Source of the DNA: Mytilus edulis
Taxonomy: Eukaryota
Direction: 5' to 3'
DNA length: 64,000 bases
Assembly: GCF_963676685.1 (NCBI RefSeq)
Contig: NC_092348.1
Coordinates: 18,476,001-18,540,000, forward strand
This document shows positions 62,701 through 64,000 of this stretch, one piece after another (position 1 is the stretch's first letter; each line of letters begins with the position of its first letter). A program made the position numbers and the translations under genes. The notes beneath the pieces were generated by a model. That model saw only the letters and a program-made list of their open reading frames with translations, did no database searches and was not told the origin of the DNA.

Positions 62701-63491
62701 TTTAACTCCACTTTCCGCTATATAGATGACGTTCTTTCACTAAACAATTCAAAATTTGGTGACTATGTGGAACGCATCTATCCCATCGAATTGGAGATAA
62801 AGGATACTACAGATACAGTTAAGTCGGTTTCATATCTTGACTTACATCTAGAAATTGACAATGAGGGTCGATTGAAAACTAAACTTTACGACAAAAGAGA
62901 TGATTTCAGCTTTCCAATTGTGAACTTTCCATTTCTAAGTAGCAACATTCCAGCAGCACCTGCATACGGGGTATATATCTCCCAATTGATACGATATTCC
63001 CGTGCTTGCATTTCCTATCATGATTTTCTTGATAGAGGGTTACTGCTCACAAGGAAGCTATTAAACCAAGAGTTCCAAATGGTGAAGTTGAAATCATCCC
63101 TTCGTAAATTTTACGGACGCCATCACGAGTTGGTTGACCGTTATGAAATAACCGTTTCACAAATGATATCGGATATGTTCCTTACGTCGTAACTACAATC
63201 CCCTTCCCTTTCATGAATGTGACCTACCGAATTAGACTATTTACCGGATTTGTAATCACATAAACAACACGACGGGTGCCACATGTGGAGCAGGATCTGC
63301 TTACCCTTCCGGAGCACCTGAGATCACCCCTAGTTTTTGGTGGGGTTCGTGTTGTTTATTCTTTAGTTTTCTATGTTGTGTCATGTATACTATTGTTTTT
63401 CTGTTTGTCTTTTTCATTTTTAGCCATGGCGTTGTCAGTTTGTTTTAGATTTATGAGTTTGACTGTCCCTTTGGTATCTTTCGTCCCTCTT
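62701..63491 (+). mobile_element. 5'-truncated Penelope-like retroelement inserted antisense into the Gypsy gag
   Basis: FRYIDDVLSLNN..YLDLHLEI..NFPFLSSNIPAAPAYGVYISQLIRY..RKFYGRHHELV open to its stop at 63192; TTAATCC duplicated at 62694-62700 and 63492-63498; gag continues on both sides. Confidence 0.9.
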
Positions 63492-64000
63492 TTAATCCAA
63501 ACTAAACTAAATAGTCTTCCCAATTAGTCTCTCCATCATAAAGTACTGGTTTCTTTTTGTAACAGTTTGTATTTTGTAAGTTTATATCATAATCACGCTC
63601 AAAATTTGGTTTATTGCTAATGCCAGAATAATTTAAATTACTGGTCATTTCATCAGTACGGTGTTCATGGTCGGTCCCGTTAACCCCAACTCTGAATCGT
63701 CCGCGGGACGTCAAAGGTAATGCTTGGTACGTTGCCCCCATATTATGGAGTACGCCCCGGTCCAAAGTCCTAGGTAAATCTCCCGAATCCCATCTGGATT
63801 CACAAGACGTTGCGCCTTGTCTTGTATTCCCGGAGTCTCCCTCAGCAGAACCCTTTGCCTCTGCAGTAACCTCTGCCCCGGCATAACCCTCTGCTATAGC
63901 AATACCCTCTGCTATAGTAGAACCCTCTGCTTTCTGACTCCAAAACCCATACCTAGACCTGGCAGCATGGTTATAAAGAGTGCTTGACTCTTCACCAAGA

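Larger units (their letters stand above)
60058..64000 (-). mobile_element. Ty3/Gypsy LTR retrotransposon, pol largely deleted; 5' part beyond the window
   Basis: 3' LTR 60058-61083, PPT next to it, protease relic (LNCLIDTRS, ~61925-61990), and gag (YDGETNWEDYL..W...EKALELATSLRG..IPELGQDIKRLVRLAYP..CFIDSL). Confidence 0.82.

Overview
AT-rich eukaryotic genomic DNA with spliceosomal GT-AG introns. The repeat families and gene type point to a bivalve mollusc, probably a Mytilus-like mussel (inference, not a database result). The window is built on a tandem segmental duplication: copy A at 1-11973 and copy B at 31049-59832. Each copy holds a decayed, intron-containing piggyBac transposase and an apparently intact six-exon secreted fibrinogen-related (FReD/ficolin-like) lectin gene. 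The two lectin paralogues are nearly identical in exons 2, 4 and 5 but diverge strongly in the last exon, which encodes the Ca2+/ligand-binding P subdomain. Copy A also has a tandem duplication of its core promoter and signal-peptide exon. Copy B is expanded by a 15.5-kb TIR-bounded insertion (AT target duplication). That insertion carries a divergent two-gene PIF/Harbinger-type module and a CTG-TSD MITE, which is itself interrupted by a young, nearly intact Ngaro/DIRS-group tyrosine-recombinase retrotransposon with split direct repeats. Between and beyond the copies lie a Tx1/L1-type LINE inserted in a Penelope-like RT fragment, a CR1/L2-type LINE, a pol-deleted Ty3/Gypsy element, MITEs with TTAA, 9-bp, AT and 6-bp TSDs, a SINE, a HINE-like element and a hammerhead ribozyme relic. 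Comparing the two copies gives empty versus filled sites for several insertions. No prokaryotic systems, rRNA, tRNA genes or CRISPR arrays were seen.
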